64,000 nucleotides of DNA from an uncultured Candidatus Cloacimonas sp. GTDB lineage: Bacteria > Cloacimonadota > Cloacimonadia > Cloacimonadales > Cloacimonadaceae. Position numbers and translations under genes: made by a program. The DNA lies in the NCBI GenBank assembly GCA_964572925.1, contig CAZNGW010000001.1:11250-75249 (forward strand), written 5' to 3'. Below, piece by piece: positions 35,565 to 46,440 of this stretch (its first letter is position 1; every line of letters starts with the position of its first letter). The notes beneath the pieces are model-generated. The model was given only the letters and a program-made list of their open reading frames with translations. It did no database searches and was not told the DNA's origin.

Positions 35565-36314
35565 CTATTCGATTCTTGAATGCCTGAATGAGGTGCAATA
35601 AGCTTCCGGAACCGTCTCCCGGAAGACGTCAAAATGCTCCAGGTAGTGAGCATCGCTACCGATCGAGAAAAGGGTGCCGCCTTGCTCAAGGTAAAGTGCG
35701 ATAAGGTGCTCTTCCGGTAAAAAACTCGGATAACCATTGCGCAAAGCGCTGAGATTCAGTTCCAAAGCGATTCTTCGTTCAACCATAACCCGGAAGATAT
35801 CCCGAATCATCGGATATACCTTTCGCTCATCAGGAATTGCAGGATAGTGGCGTTTATAAACTCCCAAATGAGCCAGAACATCAAGGTCGCAGTTGGTTAC
35901 AAGCATCAGATTTTGCCGATAATAGTCCTCAACCTGCCGGTCAGTCAACGGATGGGGAAGAGGTAGTGCGATATTGGTGTGATCGCTGAGAAAATGGACT
36001 GACCCGAGCACAAGTTCAAACTCAAGTTCTGAGATCAGATTTGCGGCAAAATCCCGGACCTGATGATAGTCCCCAATCTCAATGCCGGTCAGGATGCGGA
36101 TTTCAGGATAATTACGTTTGAGGGTGGCAATCCGTTGGGTATATTTTTTTAGCGATGGAAGCCCGAAAAGAGATAGCTCCTGAGGAAGTAAATCGAGATG
36201 TTCGGTAATGGCTATTTCATCATAATTCAATTCAATAGCCTTCCTGATAAGAGAATCAGCTTTTATTCTGCTGTCGTAACTGTCTTCTGTATGAAGGTGA
36301 TAATCGTATTTCAT
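35565..36314 (-). CDS. PHP-domain histidinol-phosphatase (HisJ/HisK family)
   Basis: Start reassigned to MKYDYHLHT (36314); ITEH, GIE, GSVH, LAH, IGSDAH. Confidence 0.85.
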   Translation of the reverse strand: MKYDYHLHTEDSYDSRIKADSLIRKAIELNYDEIAITEHLDLLPQELSLFGLPSLKKYTQRIATLKRNYPEIRILTGIEIGDYHQVRDFAANLISELEFELVLGSVHFLSDHTNIALPLPHPLTDRQVEDYYRQNLMLVTNCDLDVLAHLGVYKRHYPAIPDERKVYPMIRDIFRVMVERRIALELNLSALRNGYPSFLPEEHLIALYLEQGGTLFSIGSDAHYLEHFDVFRETVPEAYCTSFRHSRIE

Positions 36315-36319
36315 AAGTC

Positions 36320-37087
36320 CTATTTCGCCAATATTGCCGCACCCAAAGCACCAGTGATTTCTGGATCGGGTGGGATGGATAAACGATATCCAAGTTCGTT
36401 TCCCAGACAGGTTGCCAGATCTGGGTTTTGCGCCACTCCCCCGGTAAAAACAATTGGTTCTCTCCAAGCCAATCCAGCCATTTGTGAACTGATCCTTCTG
36501 GCGATGCTGAGATGCACGGCATGGGCTATATCTTCTGCAGAGAAGGCCTGCGACATCATTCCGATGATCTCGGATTCTGCAAAAACCACGCAGGTGGAAT
36601 TCAATTTCAGAGTTCGAGAAGCCTGATGAGCCAGGCTTGATAGCGAACCAACTTCACAGCCAAGACGGAGGGCAGTCATTTCCAGAAATCTGCCGGTTCC
36701 AGCAGCACATTTGTCGTTCATGGCAAAATCCAAAACCTTTCCCTCCTGATCGAGGGTTATGATTTTGGAGTCCTGTCCGCCAATGTCTATAATGGTGCGA
36801 ACCTCAGGAAAGATAAATTTGCATCCCGCTGCATGGCAGGTGATTTCAGAAAGAACTGAAGCCGGCCCAGGATATAGCTTGCGCCCATATCCGGTTACCC
36901 CGCAAAATTGATAGTCTTCTCTGGAGATACTCAAAGCTCTGAGGGATGCTGCTATTAGGGTGTTAACACTGTTCAGCACGGAGATTTCAGTTTCCTTCCA
37001 AGCTGAATGGACAATACTCCCCCGTTCCGAATCAAATACCACCAGTTTTGTGTTGCGGGAACCGATGTCAAGGCCTAATCTGAACAT
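36320..37087 (-). CDS. 2-hydroxyacyl-CoA dehydratase activator-type ATPase (HgdC/HadI/BadF-G family)
   Basis: GLDIGS, VTGYGR, EITCHA, DIGGQDSK, MNDKCAAGTGRF, STCVVFAESE, GALGAA. Confidence 0.92.
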   Translation of the reverse strand: MFRLGLDIGSRNTKLVVFDSERGSIVHSAWKETEISVLNSVNTLIAASLRALSISREDYQFCGVTGYGRKLYPGPASVLSEITCHAAGCKFIFPEVRTIIDIGGQDSKIITLDQEGKVLDFAMNDKCAAGTGRFLEMTALRLGCEVGSLSSLAHQASRTLKLNSTCVVFAESEIIGMMSQAFSAEDIAHAVHLSIARRISSQMAGLAWREPIVFTGGVAQNPDLATCLGNELGYRLSIPPDPEITGALGAAILAK

Positions 37088-37089
37088 AG

Positions 37090-39720
37090 TTATACCAAAA
37101 CATGTATATAGCGATTTTCTGGGTTAAGGTATTTTCGGGCAAGGGATTTCAGAATCCGAGTATCCACTGCCTTTATTCGCGATTCGCGGTTAAGATAGTA
37201 TTCAGGTTCGTAACCCAAGGCACTGAGATTGGACATGGAAGCGGCACTGTAAGAAGCGCTTTCCAGATCAAAACGGTTCATCCCAATCAAGTAGTTTTGG
37301 GCTGCATGCAGCTCTTCCTGACTAATCTCGTTGTTCCTCAATTCATCCAGGATTTCCTGCATCAGATCGAGGCAGCGATTGTGATTTGTTTTGTCGCAAA
37401 AGGCATAGGCGTTCCAAAAACCCAATTGGTTAATCGAACTGAAGTCAAATCCCGTTTGATAGGCCAAACCGTGTTTTTCCCTCAGGATATCGTAAAAGCG
37501 GGATGATATGTCTCCTCCCAGGATTTGGGACAGGATATAAAAAGCAGCGTTTTCATCTCTATTAATAGCCGGACAGGCAAAACCGCCTAAGTGGATGATG
37601 GCCTGATCGGTTCTTCTGTGCTGAGTCACCAACGTGGATGGCAAAGCTTCCAAGAAGGGTTCCGGTGTCAGGACTGCTGAATTAGTTCCGAAGTTAAACA
37701 AGCTTTCACACCAAGCTGCGATCTCTTGAGGATTCTGTGAACTAACGATAGCAAGGCTGAAATTCCTTCCCAGATTCCACTTCTCATACCATGTTTCCAG
37801 CTTTCTCGCACTGATTCTACGAATCTCCCTGGGATCGCCAGTGCTTCGGTAAAGATTGGTATTCTTGCCCACCAGCATGCGAAACCACTGCTGATATGCA
37901 TAGCTGACTGGATAGGCATTGTCACGGCGAATACTGTCCAAGGCTGATTCTTTTAGCAATTTCAGATGCTCATTGTCAAATCTGGGTTGCCCAAGGATCT
38001 CAGCCAGCAAAGCCAGAGCTTTGTCCAGGCTTCCAGCCAGACACTTTCCCCGAAATGCTGTAGAATCCAAATGATGCACCACCCTGATGTTAAAGCCATG
38101 TTCTCGCCCCATTTTCATAAGGTCTTTATGGCTATGCAATCCAGTGGCATACAGCATCAGGGAACTGGCAAAATAATTCGAACCTGCTTGGAGCTTGTCC
38201 TCACAGATTTGACTGATATCCGTGGAAAGTGAGAATCCAGAGACAGAACTCTCTGGCAGCCAACGATAGAGCACTTTCATTCCATTGGCAAGAACCAAAT
38301 GATAATAGTTTTCGGCATATTCACGGATATCACTACTCACACAAGCTGGCTTTGCCGGCCAGGCCTTATCTTCGTTTTGTGATTGGGGGCTTACCTCAAT
38401 CTCTACTGCTGGCCATTTTTTGAGTTCTATTTGTTTTACTGATTCCCATAAGGGCCGGATCTCTCTAATTGCTGTTTCACCCTCACAAAATAACTCCAGA
38501 TATTCAGCTTTCCAATAGGTCTCAATAGCTTGCCTGATCAAGGAATAGCTCAGAGACTGGATTTCATCTCCATATTGGTGCAGCCTGTCCAGGTTCCCAA
38601 GTGATTCCTCCACTGCCACCAAATTAGCCAGATTCTCCATTCCTTCAAAACTGAATCGCCAACTGTGGATAATGTCTTTTTTCACCAGGTTAGTTTCAGT
38701 TTGGGGAATTCCGTAGGAAAGCAAGGCATTGAATTCCTCGGCAAAACCTTTGATTATCGCAGGTAGATGCTTTTTATGCAGTGGGGTGCACATTACAACT
38801 GAAACACCCGAAAGAAGACCTGTAAGAGAGCTTACTTTTACTGAAGAACAAAGTCTGGATTCTTCCACCAAGCGCTTATAGAGGCGGGAAGATTTGCCAA
38901 TCGCAAAGTAGCGCATGGCTACAAGCAGGGCATCAGCTAATGGATGACCTTCGCATAGCTCAGGAAGGATGAAACTTAGGAGATACTCACTTTCCTGTCT
39001 TTTCCGAAACCAGTATTTCCCAAGGGGAAGTTCCGGCTCTCTATCCTCGATAATATTTCTGGGCATCGAAGTGGCTGACCAATTGCCAAAGAATTGATCT
39101 GCAGCCTGGGTAAGCTCTGCATGCTGAAAATCACCACATACAACCAGATAGGAATTTTGCGGGCAGTAAGCATCAGCCATAAAACGTTTAAGTTTGGTTT
39201 CCGAAGCTGCCATGACAGCGGATTCAGATCCTAAAACAGGATATTTCAAAGGGCTTTGCTTGAAGTGACTCCGCTGGATCCACTCAATGTGGTCTGTTTC
39301 CGGATCATTTCGATATTGCTTGATCTCTTCCAGAATGATCCCTTTTTCGATCTCTACATCGGTTTCATTGAAAGAGGCATTAATGGCTAATTCGCTGAGG
39401 ATATGCAGCCCGGAAAGAAGATTCTCGGAGGGTAGAAGCAAATAAAAACAGGTGGTGTCATAATCGGTGTAAGCATTTAACATGCCTCCAAGTGCGGTTA
39501 CCTGTCGGGAAATACTATTGTCGGGAAAATCTGTAGTGGATTTGAAAACAAGGTGTTCGAGAAAATGTGAGTATCCACGTTGAGACCGGTTTTCGTAGAT
39601 AGAGCCGGTTTTTACGTATAACTGCAGACAGAGAACCGGATTGGAGTGCTCTTCCACAAATACAAGTCGGAAACCGTTGGGCAAAGTTCTGGACAGTGCG
39701 TTCGGCAAAAGGCTGGCCAT
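37090..39720 (-). CDS. M16-family zinc peptidase (two-lobed)
   Basis: GYSHFLEH (HxxEH), NAYTDYDTT, second lobe with SSRFYDILREKHGLAY. Confidence 0.92.
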   Translation of the reverse strand: MASLLPNALSRTLPNGFRLVFVEEHSNPVLCLQLYVKTGSIYENRSQRGYSHFLEHLVFKSTTDFPDNSISRQVTALGGMLNAYTDYDTTCFYLLLPSENLLSGLHILSELAINASFNETDVEIEKGIILEEIKQYRNDPETDHIEWIQRSHFKQSPLKYPVLGSESAVMAASETKLKRFMADAYCPQNSYLVVCGDFQHAELTQAADQFFGNWSATSMPRNIIEDREPELPLGKYWFRKRQESEYLLSFILPELCEGHPLADALLVAMRYFAIGKSSRLYKRLVEESRLCSSVKVSSLTGLLSGVSVVMCTPLHKKHLPAIIKGFAEEFNALLSYGIPQTETNLVKKDIIHSWRFSFEGMENLANLVAVEESLGNLDRLHQYGDEIQSLSYSLIRQAIETYWKAEYLELFCEGETAIREIRPLWESVKQIELKKWPAVEIEVSPQSQNEDKAWPAKPACVSSDIREYAENYYHLVLANGMKVLYRWLPESSVSGFSLSTDISQICEDKLQAGSNYFASSLMLYATGLHSHKDLMKMGREHGFNIRVVHHLDSTAFRGKCLAGSLDKALALLAEILGQPRFDNEHLKLLKESALDSIRRDNAYPVSYAYQQWFRMLVGKNTNLYRSTGDPREIRRISARKLETWYEKWNLGRNFSLAIVSSQNPQEIAAWCESLFNFGTNSAVLTPEPFLEALPSTLVTQHRRTDQAIIHLGGFACPAINRDENAAFYILSQILGGDISSRFYDILREKHGLAYQTGFDFSSINQLGFWNAYAFCDKTNHNRCLDLMQEILDELRNNEISQEELHAAQNYLIGMNRFDLESASYSAASMSNLSALGYEPEYYLNRESRIKAVDTRILKSLARKYLNPENRYIHVLV

Positions 39721-39726
39721 AGGGAA

Positions 39727-40497
39727 TCAGAACCTGCTGATCATTGCATAAGCGCTGTGATTGTGAATGGATTCGAAGTTTTCTGATTCTACTTCAAAAC
39801 TGATTATACGATTGTCTTTTTGCAGTTCAAGGGTTACTTCCCGGACTATATCTTCCACAAATTTTGGATTCTGATAGGCTTTTTCTGTTACGTATTTTTC
39901 GTCAGGACGTTTTAGCAGAGGATAGATTTCACAACTGGAATTCACTTCAGCCAGCCTGATAATATCTTCCAACCAAATAAAGTCCCGGTATTTCACCTTG
40001 ATAGTAATCAATGAACGCTGGTTATGCGCGCCAAAATCGCTGATCTCCTTTGAACAAGGGCAAAGTGTGGTAACTGGAACCGCCACACCTATCCAAAGGC
40101 TGTAGGCATCTGTATATGCGGCATTGAAAAAACAGTCATAACCCATGAGCGAACTGATATTGGTAACAGGTGCTTTCTTGCTGACAAAATAGGGAAAGCT
40201 GATATCCACATAGGCAGCTTCGGCTTTCATCGTGGTTTTCAATTCCAATAAAAAAGCATCCAGTTTTCCAATGAAGGCTTCTGTATGATAATGATTCAGG
40301 ACTTCGATGAAGCGGCTCATGTGGGTTCCGCGACGGTAGTGGGGAAGTTCCACAAAAATATTCAGTTCGGCAATGCTGTGCTGAATCCCCTTGCTTTTAT
40401 CTTCCACTACAATAGGATAACGGACTCCCTTAACACCAACTTTGTCGATTTTTATCTTGCGTTTATCGGTTTGGCTCTGGATATCAGGGATGTTCAT
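39727..40497 (-). CDS. folE2: GTP cyclohydrolase FolE2 (type IB)
   Basis: RGTHMSRF, VTTLCPCSKEIS, GAHNQRS, PLLKRPDEKYVTE, ESIHNHSA. Confidence 0.95.
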   Translation of the reverse strand: MNIPDIQSQTDKRKIKIDKVGVKGVRYPIVVEDKSKGIQHSIAELNIFVELPHYRRGTHMSRFIEVLNHYHTEAFIGKLDAFLLELKTTMKAEAAYVDISFPYFVSKKAPVTNISSLMGYDCFFNAAYTDAYSLWIGVAVPVTTLCPCSKEISDFGAHNQRSLITIKVKYRDFIWLEDIIRLAEVNSSCEIYPLLKRPDEKYVTEKAYQNPKFVEDIVREVTLELQKDNRIISFEVESENFESIHNHSAYAMISRF

Positions 40498-41498
40498 AGT
40501 TTTTCGCTGAATGAAAGATCCTTCATCCCATTGCTTTTCAGAGAAACCAACCCACTGTCATTAGTATAATAAATCACCACATTGGTATCAGGCATATTTT
40601 TCACAAGTTCCAGTCCTTTTTCGGGAGGGAGCAAAAACAAAGCTGTGGACAAGCCATCAGCCCAGGCTGCAGAACCGCAAAGCACGGTTACCGAATGCAT
40701 ATTAGGAACAGGATATCCTGTAACGGGATCAATAATATGATGATAGCGGACTCCTTCCACTTCATAAAACTGCTGATAATCTCCAGATGTTCCGACGCTC
40801 TGATTCATAATCTTGAAACTGGCAATGTAGTCGTCAGTTTTACGAGGGTGTTGGATATAGACAACTTGAGGATGTTTACTGCCAAAGAAGGTCATGGAAC
40901 TACGGCAATTGATGTATCCGCTTTCCAGATGCAGCGAATTCATGTATTTTCTGGCTTTGTCCAGTATGTATCCTTTGGCAAGCGCACCAAAGCTGATCTG
41001 CATACCCAGGGGCTTAATCAATTTATCCTTGGTGAAGCTTATCCGGTTGAACCCCACTTTGGTGAGTTCTTTCTTGATCTCCAGAGAATCCGGAGGGGTA
41101 GGACTTTCATCATTGAACCCCCAAAGATCCCAGACCGGTTTGATAGTTGGGTCGAAAGAGCCGTTGGTTAGCCGGTATAGGCTGTCAGCCATGACAAAAA
41201 GCTCATAAGCATCCTGATCCATGGGAAATTCAGTTTTCAAAGTATCCGCATTTACTTTACCCAGCCAGCTATCATCCCGATATTCATTTAGCTTGTTTTC
41301 CAGAGTGGCGATATAGGCAAAAACAGAATCTATCTGGCGTCCAATGTGTTTTGATCTGGATGTGGCAGATATTTCCACCACCGTATCAAGCAGATACTGG
41401 CTTTTCACTTCAGTGAATGCTCTTGTGAAGTATTTATAAGCACCGAATCCGATCACCAGAATCAGGATCAGCAGGGAAATCATTTCTTTACGGGGCAT
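40494..41498 (-). CDS. apbE: FAD:protein FMN transferase
   Basis: GSFDPTIKP, GALAKGY, TSGDYQ, YHHIIDPVTGYP, ADGLSTALF. Confidence 0.93.
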   Translation of the reverse strand: MPRKEMISLLILILVIGFGAYKYFTRAFTEVKSQYLLDTVVEISATSRSKHIGRQIDSVFAYIATLENKLNEYRDDSWLGKVNADTLKTEFPMDQDAYELFVMADSLYRLTNGSFDPTIKPVWDLWGFNDESPTPPDSLEIKKELTKVGFNRISFTKDKLIKPLGMQISFGALAKGYILDKARKYMNSLHLESGYINCRSSMTFFGSKHPQVVYIQHPRKTDDYIASFKIMNQSVGTSGDYQQFYEVEGVRYHHIIDPVTGYPVPNMHSVTVLCGSAAWADGLSTALFLLPPEKGLELVKNMPDTNVVIYYTNDSGLVSLKSNGMKDLSFSEKL

Positions 41499-41509
41499 CC
41501 TCAGATCTC

Positions 41510-42307
41510 CTATCTTCTGTAATCCAGGAGTTCAAAGGAGATCAGCTTGCGAACATAATCCCGAACTGCATAAAGGACAAGTGCCAGACAAAGAACCAAG
41601 GGAATTAGCAAGAGGAAAAAGAGCAGGATTGAAATTGCCAAAAGGATTCCCAAAACTATACAAAGCAGATAGATGTTCCAACGGACATCATGAAAATGAC
41701 GGTAACTAAGCTTGATTGCCTTCCAAGGATTCACATTTAACTCGGGAATTAAAGCAGCTGCAGGCAAACTGATGGCGATCCAGTAATTCACCAAAACTAT
41801 CCAAACTAAACGCAGGATGGGATGTGAACTAAAATTGGGCAATCCAAAGCAAACGATATATACAAGATCGAAAAACAAGGCGTTGATCAGTGCGAAACCC
41901 AAATATTGGGGATAGCTTTTCAATGCCGAGCTCATCTCTTTGAGGCTAAGCCTGTAATCTCTGTGAGCGCAGACAGGTTGAAAGGCAATGAGAATAAAGG
42001 GAACAAAAATGCTGATGGATAGTGATTTTGTCAGAAGATTGAGTAGGGTTCCGCTCACTGTGCCGTTGTCCAGACCGATAATTCCATTGAACAGGTAGAG
42101 CAATACTGCAATTGGAAGGAAACCAAAAATCACGGCAAATGCCGCACCAGGAACCGAAGCAGAGGCTACGGAACGAAAAGACCGATATGTTTCCTTCAAG
42201 CTCGCCAAAGCCGAAAGATCGCTATTGACAACATTGGTTTGCCTGCCACATTCCACACACCAAAGATCGTGTGAAGCCAGACGGGCATTACAGTATTTAC
42301 AGCGCAT
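41510..42307 (-). CDS. Hypothetical membrane protein with an N-terminal zinc ribbon
   Basis: CKYC...CVECG followed by several hydrophobic segments. Confidence 0.7.
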   Translation of the reverse strand: MRCKYCNARLASHDLWCVECGRQTNVVNSDLSALASLKETYRSFRSVASASVPGAAFAVIFGFLPIAVLLYLFNGIIGLDNGTVSGTLLNLLTKSLSISIFVPFILIAFQPVCAHRDYRLSLKEMSSALKSYPQYLGFALINALFFDLVYIVCFGLPNFSSHPILRLVWIVLVNYWIAISLPAAALIPELNVNPWKAIKLSYRHFHDVRWNIYLLCIVLGILLAISILLFFLLLIPLVLCLALVLYAVRDYVRKLISFELLDYRR

Positions 42308-42370
42308 TTATTCTCCTATTGCTTTGCTGTTGGCCACAAATCCCAAACAAGGACATTTGTCAAGCCCGGT

Positions 42371-44626
42371 CTAACATTTACTCCATCCGCAACTGGGGCA
42401 TTTAAGGCAGCCTTCGAGATGTTCAATGGTGGAACCGCAATCAGGACAAAGGGCAGCAGTTCTGCGAGGATTATATTCTCCTGTTTCGAAACTTCCATCA
42501 AGCTGAAAACTCAGGTCTTTCACGTCTCCATTCTGATGTAGTGCCAAAAACTGTTCCAAAGCCTGACCGACTGCGTCACCACAGGAAGTTATCATCTTGC
42601 CTTTGTGCCACATTGGGCTTTGGCATCGAATGCCTTTTAACTGACGGATGATAGATTCGATTTTTATGTTAGAGCGTAAAGCCAACGATGATAATCTTGC
42701 AATTGCTTCGAGTTGCGCAGATGCACAACCACCGACTTTGCCCATTTGCACAAATGCTTCACAGGCACCTTGCTCATCGGTATTGATGGTTACATACATG
42801 TGACCGCAACCTGTTTCGAGCCTTTGGGTAACGCCATGGGTGATCTCAGGCCGGTTGCGTGGGGCAACCTTTTTTTCCAGAACGGCATTTTGGCCGGAAC
42901 TTGTTCCCACAGAAAGAACCTGATTTTCTCGGCTTCCATCGCGGTAAACGGTAACTCCCTTGCAGCCAAGCTGGTAAGCCAGTTCGTATGCGATGCGAAT
43001 GTCTTCCACACCTGCATCGTGAGGGAAATTGATGGTTTTGCTGACTGCATTATCGGTATATTGCTGAAAGGCTGCCTGCATGCGGATATGCCATTCGGGA
43101 CTGATTTCATGGGCGGTTTGAAAAACCTCTTTCAGTTCAGCCGGAATCTGCTCCAGATGTGCAATTCCACCAACAGCGGTGATTTGTTCCAGAAGTTCCT
43201 TGCTCAGTAAGCCGTATTCATCCAAAGCCTTCTCAAAGTACTTATTCACATAGATCAGTTTTTCTCCATCCATAACATTTTTGACGTAAGCCAGAGAAAA
43301 CTGTGGTTCAATTCCGCTTGAGGTATCGACGATCATGCTGATGGTTCCTGTGGGAGCAATGGTGGTCAAAGTGGCATTTCGGATACCAAAAGACTTCAAA
43401 TCAGCATTCAGACTGTCCCAATCTTCATTGAGTTTATTGCGTAACAAGCTGCCATGAGAGTAAATACTCTCTTGAAAATTGGGGAAACTGCCTTTTATCC
43501 TGGCCAACTCCAGTGAGCGTTTTTTTGCTTCAAAATCAATACACTCCATCACTTGCGCAGCCAGCTCAACAGCTCTGTCGCTGGCATAGGGAATTTTGAG
43601 CTGGTAGAGCAGATCAGCCCAACCCATCACACCCAGGCCTATCTTGCGGTTTGCTTTGGCCATAGCATCGATTTGGGGTAATGGAAACTTTGAAGCATCA
43701 ATCACGGCATCCAGGAAATCCACGCTGTCTTTCACGATATCACGTAACCTATCCCAATCCACAGTTCCGTCCTTGGCCAAAGCGGCCAGATTCAACGAAC
43801 CGAGATTACAGGCCTCATTAGCCAAAAGAGGTTGCTCACCACAGGGATTGGTGGATTCAATCTTTCCAACAGCCGGAGTGGGATTGGCCTGATTTATCCG
43901 GTCCAAAAATACTATTCCCGGTTCTCCGTTTTTGTGAGCCATATCCACAATCAAGCTGAACACTTCCCGGGCTTTCAACTTTCCTGCCACTTTTCCAGTA
44001 TGTGGAGAAATCAAGTTATAATCATCATCCTGCATTACAGCCTGCATAAAGGCTTCGGTTATTCCCACACTGATGTTAAAATTGGTAAGTTCCTTTGTAT
44101 CTTCTTTGCAAACAATGAAGTCCAGAATTTGGGGATGATCCACATTCAGGATGGCCATATTGGCTCCACGTCGGGTACCACCCTGTTTTACAGCATCTGT
44201 AGCTGCATTGAATACCTTCAGAAAAGATAGTGGACCGCTGGAAACACCATTGGTGGAACGGACTCTGGCATTGGCTTCTCTCAGCCGGCTGAAGGAAAAA
44301 CCGGTTCCGCCACCGCTTTTATGGATCAATGCAGCGTTTTTTACCGTTTCGAAGATACTGTCCATGCTGTCCTCTATTGGGAGAACAAAACAAGCTGAAA
44401 GCTGTTGCAGGTCACCGCCAGCATTCATCAGAGTGGGGGAATTCGGTAGAAAATATCCTGAATCCATTAAATCATAATATCTTTTTGCTGCATCTTTATC
44501 GCTTCCGGCAATGTTTTCGGCTACCCGGGTGAGCATACTTTCCCAATTCTCAATGGTCCGACCTTGGTCGTCTTTGCGGAAATATCTTTTTTCCAATACC
44601 TTAAGGGCATTATCAGTTAGGTTCAT
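42371..44626 (-). CDS. nrdJ: Class II (adenosylcobalamin-dependent) ribonucleotide reductase
   Basis: PNSPTL, SACFV, TNPCGEQPL, ACNLGS, IAPTGTIS, GVTVYRDGSR; C-terminal TSCPD-like domain and Zn ribbon. Confidence 0.95.
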   Translation of the reverse strand: MNLTDNALKVLEKRYFRKDDQGRTIENWESMLTRVAENIAGSDKDAAKRYYDLMDSGYFLPNSPTLMNAGGDLQQLSACFVLPIEDSMDSIFETVKNAALIHKSGGGTGFSFSRLREANARVRSTNGVSSGPLSFLKVFNAATDAVKQGGTRRGANMAILNVDHPQILDFIVCKEDTKELTNFNISVGITEAFMQAVMQDDDYNLISPHTGKVAGKLKAREVFSLIVDMAHKNGEPGIVFLDRINQANPTPAVGKIESTNPCGEQPLLANEACNLGSLNLAALAKDGTVDWDRLRDIVKDSVDFLDAVIDASKFPLPQIDAMAKANRKIGLGVMGWADLLYQLKIPYASDRAVELAAQVMECIDFEAKKRSLELARIKGSFPNFQESIYSHGSLLRNKLNEDWDSLNADLKSFGIRNATLTTIAPTGTISMIVDTSSGIEPQFSLAYVKNVMDGEKLIYVNKYFEKALDEYGLLSKELLEQITAVGGIAHLEQIPAELKEVFQTAHEISPEWHIRMQAAFQQYTDNAVSKTINFPHDAGVEDIRIAYELAYQLGCKGVTVYRDGSRENQVLSVGTSSGQNAVLEKKVAPRNRPEITHGVTQRLETGCGHMYVTINTDEQGACEAFVQMGKVGGCASAQLEAIARLSSLALRSNIKIESIIRQLKGIRCQSPMWHKGKMITSCGDAVGQALEQFLALHQNGDVKDLSFQLDGSFETGEYNPRRTAALCPDCGSTIEHLEGCLKCPSCGWSKC

Positions 44627-44628
44627 CG

Positions 44629-45480
<852 letters not shown>

Positions 45481-45545
45481 TTATTTCATTTATTAAATTT
45501 AATAATCATGTTGCTCCAGATTCTCGTTCCAATGAATTAAGAGAG

Positions 45546-45590
45546 CATTAAGCGTGCAATAAGGGTCTGACTCTTAGTGCACGCTTAATG
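45546..45590. repeat. Long intergenic palindrome upstream of kce
   Basis: Perfect 13-bp IR cattaagcgtgca / tgcacgcttaatg with additional inner pairing; no U-tract. Confidence 0.7.
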
Positions 45591-45636
45591 ATCCCTTATT
45601 TATAATGAGTAGATATTCTTCGATCCAACTCAATCT

Positions 45637-46440
45637 TCAGTCTTGAAACCAGCTCTCGTAAAGCCGGACTCTGGCCAGATTCCCAAAGTTATCGGCCAGG
45701 ATACGCTTGGCAATTTGAGCAAATTTATTCTCGTTATCGCTCACAAAAAAACTGTCTTTACCTTCCAGACCATCATTATCTTCCGGGAGCAATCTGGACA
45801 AATATGAGGCAATAGCCTCTGCACTATCAACCAGTTGCACATCGTTGCCCATAACTTTCTGGATGGTTGTATGTAACAAAGGATAGTGTGTGCAGCCCAG
45901 GACAAGAGTGTCGATCTCCTTGTCTTTCAAGGGTTCCAGGTATTCTTCGGCTATCTTCTGAGCCACAAGGTGATCCTGCCAGCCTTCTTCCACGAGGGGC
46001 ACAAAAAGCGGGCAGGCCACACTGAAAACCTCAGCTTCAGGAATCAACTTTTCCAAAGCAATTGTATATGCACCGCTGCGCACCGTGCCTTCGGTTCCGA
46101 TTACGCCAATGCGCTTATTTGCAGTTCGCCTGGCTGCCTGTTCTGCCCCCGGATCAATCACTCCAATGATCGGAATGCCAGTAAGCTGTTTCAGGGCTGG
46201 GATCGCTACTGCCGAAGATGTATTGCAGGCCACCACCAGGATTTTGATGCCCTGTTGCAGTAGGAAACGGGAATTCTGGATGGAATATTCGATTACCGTA
46301 TTGGGCGATTTGGGACCATAAGGAACCCTTGCCGTATCGCCAAAATAGATCAGGTCTTCTTCCGGAAAAGCTTTACGGATTGCCCTGTAAACGGTTAATC
46401 CACCGACTCCCGAATCAAATATCCCTATGGCTTTCTTCAT
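45637..46440 (-). CDS. murI: Glutamate racemase
   Basis: FDSGVGGL, PYGPK, ACNT, LGCTHYP. Confidence 0.96.
   Translation of the reverse strand: MKKAIGIFDSGVGGLTVYRAIRKAFPEEDLIYFGDTARVPYGPKSPNTVIEYSIQNSRFLLQQGIKILVVACNTSSAVAIPALKQLTGIPIIGVIDPGAEQAARRTANKRIGVIGTEGTVRSGAYTIALEKLIPEAEVFSVACPLFVPLVEEGWQDHLVAQKIAEEYLEPLKDKEIDTLVLGCTHYPLLHTTIQKVMGNDVQLVDSAEAIASYLSRLLPEDNDGLEGKDSFFVSDNENKFAQIAKRILADNFGNLARVRLYESWFQD

Noticed and set aside
35565-36467. Extended N-termini in the ORF track (also 1523, 17485, 27359, 11699, 51512)
   Set aside because: They overlap upstream genes extensively; downstream ATGs with an SD or stop-start coupling fit better.
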